DNA of 64,000 bases, taken from assembly GCA_963822965.1 (NCBI GenBank), contig CAWGJT010000006.1:576001-640000 (forward strand). The letters run 5' to 3'. Shown piece after piece: positions 58,810 to 64,000 of this stretch. The notes under the pieces are model-generated. The model was given only the letters and a program-made list of their open reading frames with translations. It did no database searches and was not told the origin of the DNA. A program made the translations under genes and the position numbers. The DNA comes from an uncultured delta proteobacterium. Its GTDB lineage: Bacteria; Myxococcota_A; UBA9160; UBA4427. Each line of letters begins with the position of its first letter. The first letter of the stretch is position 1.

Positions 58810-61380
58810 ATGCTCCCGGCCATGCCTCGTGAGCACGGTCGGCCGATCGACGGGAGAGCCACCGCGCGTAGAGCCGGGTGGCGGGCCGCCTGTTGCCTCG
58901 CCGGCCTGCTGGGAGCGGCCGCCGCCGCCGCTCCGAGCGCCGCGCAGCAGGCGACCGGCACGCCGTCGGCTGCGCAGCCTGCCGAGCCGGCGCCCGTCGC
59001 CATTCCGGTGGCCTCGATCGCCTCCGAGGACGTGGCGCTCGACTCCTATCTGAAGAGCCTGGACGGCCGGCTGGCCGCACCCAACTTCCAGGGAACGATC
59101 GCCGAGCAGCTCCCGGAGCTCGCGTCCAAGATCCGGGAACGCGAGGCCGTCTCGAACGCCCGCCTGGAGCGGGGCTTGGGCCGCGCCGACCTGACCGCGA
59201 TGCAGGCCGACTGGCGCGCCATCGATTCACGCCTCGACACCTGGGCAGCTCGGCTGACCGAGCGGCTCGCGAGCCTGGATGCCGCCGGCCGGGAGCTCAC
59301 CCAGCGGGCCTCGAGCTGGGAAGCCACCTCCAAGGGCGCGCGCGAAGAGCAGGCACCGCCGGATGTGCGCGCCCGAGTCGCCCAGGCGCAGGAGAAGATC
59401 GCCGCCGCGCGGACCCGGCTGCGGCGCAGCCGGGACGACGCCCTGCGCGTCCAGAACCGGCTCGTGGAGCTGCGCGCCCACGTCGCGGACGAGCTGCAGC
59501 GCATGGCGGCTGCGCGCGACGAAGCGCTCTCCCACGTCCTGCGGCGCATCGCACCGCCTCTGTGGGCGGTCTCTCCCGGAGACGTCGAGGCGAGCCGGCA
59601 GAGCTTCGCCACCGCGTACCACGAGATGAACGCGAGCCTCCAGAGCTACGCCGACCGGGAGGGCCGGCTGCTGTGGCTGCACGCCTTCCTCACCCTGGCC
59701 CTCGTCTGGCTGAGCGTTCGCGCGAGCGCCTGGGCGAAGCTTCGCGAGGGTCACGAGCTGCCGCCCGCCCTCGTCCACCCCTGGGCGGCGGGCCTGGTCC
59801 TGGGCCTCAGCAACACCCTCTGGATCCACGCGGACGCCCCGCCGAAGCTCGGCTGGCTCATGAGCCTGCTCGTGCTGCCGTTCTGGGTGGTGCTGCTTCG
59901 CAACATCGTGCCGAAGCCCCTCCGCAAGCCCCTGCCCGGGCTGGTGGTGCTGGTCCTCGTGGACTTCGGGCGCCGCATCCTGCTGGACTTCGAGGGCCTG
60001 TCCCGGCTCCTGCTGGTGATCGAGGCGGCCGTCACGTTCGCGGGGCTGGTATGGCTGCGCCGTCCGTCCCGGCTGGCCCGTCTGCCGCACCCCGCCAATC
60101 CCTTCTGGCTGCGCCTGCTGGGGGGCTGGCTGCGCGTGTCGATGGTCGCCGCCGGCGTCGCGACCGTAGGGTCGTTCTTCGGTTGGGTGATCCTCGCCGA
60201 CCTGCTGATCACCGCCGTGGTGATCGGCACCTTCGTGGGCTCGATCCTCTTCTCGGCGGTGGTCGTCGTCGAGGGCATCTGCGAGAGCGCCGTGTGGACC
60301 GGCCGGCTCGACCGGCTGCGCCTGGTCCGCGGAGACCGCCCGGCCCTGCCCCGCGTGGTGAGCCGGCTCGCTCGCACGACCGCGTTCGCGACGTGGCTCT
60401 ACCTGCTGCCCGGATACCTGTCGATCCGCGAGGGCCTGCTCGACCTGCTGAGTCGCGCGCTGGCGGCGCCCCTGGGATACGGCAGCGTCACGATCACGCT
60501 CGGCGGGGTGATCGCGTTCGTCGTGGCGATCTGGCTGTCCTGGGTGCTCTCGCGCTTCATCTCCCGACTCCTGGACACGGAGATCTTCCCCCGCGTCTCG
60601 CTCCCCCGCGGCGTGCCGTTCGCGCTCTCGGCCATCAGCCGCTACGCGGTGCTCGTCCTCGGCTTCGTGTTCGCGGTGGCGGCCCTCGGCTTCCAGGTGG
60701 GCAACCTGGCCCTCGTCATCAGCGCGCTGGGCGTCGGCATCGGCTTCGGCCTGCAGAACGTCGTGAACAACTTCATCTCGGGCCTGATCCTGCTCTTCGA
60801 GCGACCCGTCAAGGTGATGGACGTCGTCTCGCTCGACACGCTCCTGGGCACGATCACCCGCATCGGCATCCGCTCGAGCACCCTGCGCACCTTCGATGGC
60901 GCCGACGTCATCGTTCCGAACGGCGACCTGATCTCGAATCGCGTCACCAACTGGACCCTGGCCGACAAGCACCGACGCGTTCCGGTGACGGTGGGCGTGG
61001 TCTACGGAACCCCGGCCAGGCGGGTGATCGAGCTGCTGCGCCAGGTGGCGCACGACCACCCCGCGGTGCTCGCGTACCCCGAGCCGCTGGCCCTCTTCAT
61101 GGGCTTCGGCGACAGCTCCCTCGACTTCGAGCTGCGCTTCTGGAGCGAGGACGAGAACGCGCTCACGACGGTGCGGAGCGAGATCGCGATCGCCATCCAG
61201 GACGCCCTCGCCGAGGACGGCATCGAGGTGCCGTTCCCCCAGCGCGACCTGCACCTGCGCTCGGTGGCCCCCGAGGCGCGCGAGGCGCTGGGCGGCGAGA
61301 CGCCCGATCACGAGCCACGGCCCCCGCAAGCGTCGGGACCCGATGCGGCGGATCCCGACGCCCCCGAAACGTCGACCTGA
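58810..61380 (+). CDS. Large MscS-family mechanosensitive channel (MscK/MscM-like)
   Basis: Signal peptide, coiled-coil periplasmic region, many TMs, ALGVGIGFGLQNVVNNFISGLILLFERP, IVPN, PFPQRDLHL. Confidence 0.92.
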   Translation: MLPAMPREHGRPIDGRATARRAGWRAACCLAGLLGAAAAAAPSAAQQATGTPSAAQPAEPAPVAIPVASIASEDVALDSYLKSLDGRLAAPNFQGTIAEQLPELASKIREREAVSNARLERGLGRADLTAMQADWRAIDSRLDTWAARLTERLASLDAAGRELTQRASSWEATSKGAREEQAPPDVRARVAQAQEKIAAARTRLRRSRDDALRVQNRLVELRAHVADELQRMAAARDEALSHVLRRIAPPLWAVSPGDVEASRQSFATAYHEMNASLQSYADREGRLLWLHAFLTLALVWLSVRASAWAKLREGHELPPALVHPWAAGLVLGLSNTLWIHADAPPKLGWLMSLLVLPFWVVLLRNIVPKPLRKPLPGLVVLVLVDFGRRILLDFEGLSRLLLVIEAAVTFAGLVWLRRPSRLARLPHPANPFWLRLLGGWLRVSMVAAGVATVGSFFGWVILADLLITAVVIGTFVGSILFSAVVVVEGICESAVWTGRLDRLRLVRGDRPALPRVVSRLARTTAFATWLYLLPGYLSIREGLLDLLSRALAAPLGYGSVTITLGGVIAFVVAIWLSWVLSRFISRLLDTEIFPRVSLPRGVPFALSAISRYAVLVLGFVFAVAALGFQVGNLALVISALGVGIGFGLQNVVNNFISGLILLFERPVKVMDVVSLDTLLGTITRIGIRSSTLRTFDGADVIVPNGDLISNRVTNWTLADKHRRVPVTVGVVYGTPARRVIELLRQVAHDHPAVLAYPEPLALFMGFGDSSLDFELRFWSEDENALTTVRSEIAIAIQDALAEDGIEVPFPQRDLHLRSVAPEAREALGGETPDHEPRPPQASGPDAADPDAPETST

Positions 61381-61402
61381 AGCTGGACGGAGTCCGACGG
61401 AT

Positions 61403-62476
<1,074 letters not shown>

Positions 62477-62495
62477 CGCTCTCGGGGGATCCCGT

Positions 62496-63134
62496 TCAGG
62501 AGATCTCGCGCTGGCTCTTGATGATGCGCTCGATGAGCCCGTACTCGAGGGCCTGCTCGGCCGACATCCAGAAGTTTCGGTCGCTGTCGAGGGACACCTG
62601 CTCGATGCTCTTGCCGGTCTCGTCGGAGATCAGCTTGTTGAGGCGCTCGCGCAGCTTCAGGATCTCCTCGGCGGCGATGCGGATGTCCGAGGCCTGGCCG
62701 CCGGCGCCGCCCGAAGGCTGGTGGAGCAGGAAGCGCGTGTTCGGCAGCGAGTAGCGGTTCTTCTTCTCGGCGGCGAGCAGGATCGGCACGGCGATGCTCG
62801 CCACCCAGCCCGCCCCCACGGTGACGATGGGGCTGTCGATGTAGCGGAGCACGTCGTAGATCGCGTAGCCCGAATCCACGTGCCCGCCCTGGGAGCTGAT
62901 GATCACGCGAATGGGATCGTGGCTCGCGCCGTCCAGGATGAGCGCCTGGGAGATCACCCGCTCGGCCACGTCCTGGTCGATCTGGCCCGTCACCAGCATC
63001 GTCCGGATGCCCAGCATCCGGGAGATGACCGCGTCCTGGAGGGCCGGGGGCTTGGGGGCGTCTTCGGGCTCGTCGAAGCGGTGCACGTGCTGGACCTCGG
63101 TGATGGCGGAGAGTCGTCCCCGCTGGGATGCCAC
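62496..63134 (-). CDS. clpP: ATP-dependent Clp protease proteolytic subunit
   Basis: SQGG, GWVASI (Ser), LLHQPSGG (His), DSDRNFWMSA. Confidence 0.93.
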   Translation of the reverse strand: MASQRGRLSAITEVQHVHRFDEPEDAPKPPALQDAVISRMLGIRTMLVTGQIDQDVAERVISQALILDGASHDPIRVIISSQGGHVDSGYAIYDVLRYIDSPIVTVGAGWVASIAVPILLAAEKKNRYSLPNTRFLLHQPSGGAGGQASDIRIAAEEILKLRERLNKLISDETGKSIEQVSLDSDRNFWMSAEQALEYGLIERIIKSQREIS

Positions 63135-63219
63135 GCGGCGCGTGCGCGGTTCGGGAAGGTAGCGCGTGGCCCGGGAATCGGGTCACGCGCCGCGGCGATG
63201 GAGAATTCGCGAGCTCCGG

Positions 63220-63993
63220 CTACTCGAAGGCGCCGTGGCGGCCGGCACCCCCTGCGAAGCGCTGGGCGCCCGCCTGGGTCTCGCCCGAGGCGATGACCTC
63301 GAGCCCGATGCGGGTCTCCTCCGCCAGGGCGGCCTCGAGGTCCTGGCCCCACTGGCCGTAGGCGGAGAGGCGGTCGCCGCGGAGGCAACGCTGCGGGAAG
63401 CGCGCGAGCTCTCCGGCCAGGCGAACGGCCTCGTCCAGGGCCTCGCCCGGCGCCACCAGCCGGTTCGCGAGGCCCATGCGCAGGGCCTCTTCCCCCGACA
63501 CCCCCCGTCCCGTGAGGATCATGTCGAGGGCGTGGCTCTGCCCGATCAGGCGTGGCAGCCGGACGGTGCCGCCGTCGATGAGGGGGACCCCCCAACGCCG
63601 GCAGAAGACGCCGAAGACGGCGTCCGAGGCCGCCACGCGCAGGTCGCACCAGAGCGAGAGCTCGAGGCCCCCGGCCACCGCGTACCCCTCCACGGCTGCG
63701 ATCACGGGCTTGGCGAGCAGCATGCGGCTCGGGCCCATGGGTCCGTCCCGGGAGACGTCGCGATCCACCCGGTTGCCGCGCCCCTCGCCCATGCCCTTGA
63801 GATCGGCCCCGGCACAGAAGCACCCACCCGCCCCCTGGAGCACCGCGACGGCCGCCTCTTCCTCGGCCTCGAAGCGCCGAAACGCGGCCGCGAGCTGCGC
63901 GGCGGTGGGTCCGTCCACGCAGTTGCGCACCTCCGGCCGGTCGATGGTGACCACGGCCACCGGCCCTCGTCGTTCGTACAGCACCTGCTCCAT
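63220..63993 (-). CDS. Crotonase / enoyl-CoA hydratase family protein
   Basis: FCAGADLK, KPVIAAVEGYAVAGGLELSLWCD, GVPLIDGGTVRLPRLIG. Confidence 0.93.
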   Translation of the reverse strand: MEQVLYERRGPVAVVTIDRPEVRNCVDGPTAAQLAAAFRRFEAEEEAAVAVLQGAGGCFCAGADLKGMGEGRGNRVDRDVSRDGPMGPSRMLLAKPVIAAVEGYAVAGGLELSLWCDLRVAASDAVFGVFCRRWGVPLIDGGTVRLPRLIGQSHALDMILTGRGVSGEEALRMGLANRLVAPGEALDEAVRLAGELARFPQRCLRGDRLSAYGQWGQDLEAALAEETRIGLEVIASGETQAGAQRFAGGAGRHGAFE

Positions 63994-64000
63994 CGCCCGG

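Overview
A 64-kb stretch of densely coding, very GC-rich bacterial chromosome from a diderm organism (outer-membrane beta-barrels and DUF748 are present). The gene mix suggests a Myxococcota-like or similar environmental lineage, which is inference only. Contents: (i) a catabolic cluster (carotenoid/lignostilbene oxygenase, TetR with an upstream palindromic operator, GST, ThuA, SDR, Rieske oxygenase); (ii) a complete pstSCAB / phoU-phoB-phoR locus with candidate Pho boxes; (iii) envelope genes (DUF748, DUF481, a beta-barrel, two alkaline-phosphatase-superfamily enzymes); (iv) many redox and lipid/steroid catabolic genes (LLM oxidoreductase, PQQ dehydrogenase, epoxide hydrolase, FadE26/27-like acyl-CoA dehydrogenase pair, CoA ligase, tandem CoA transferase); (v) housekeeping genes (gmd, moaA, clpP, an MscS-family channel). 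Best finds: an ArsC/thioredoxin-fold selenoprotein missed by the ORF track (in-frame UGA in a UxxC motif followed by a SECIS-like hairpin, 31011-31358), whose stop codon is the CTAG end of a 196-bp MITE-like element; a translationally coupled glucuronokinase-like kinase plus nucleotidyltransferase pair resembling the eukaryotic UDP-glucuronate salvage route; an octaheme cytochrome-HEAT-TPR lipoprotein; an internally deleted Coq4 remnant; and tandem duplications at gene 3' ends. At least five apparent frameshifts in four genes suggest long-read indel errors. No rRNA, tRNA, CRISPR array or transposase was seen. Family calls come from motif recognition by eye, not from database searches.
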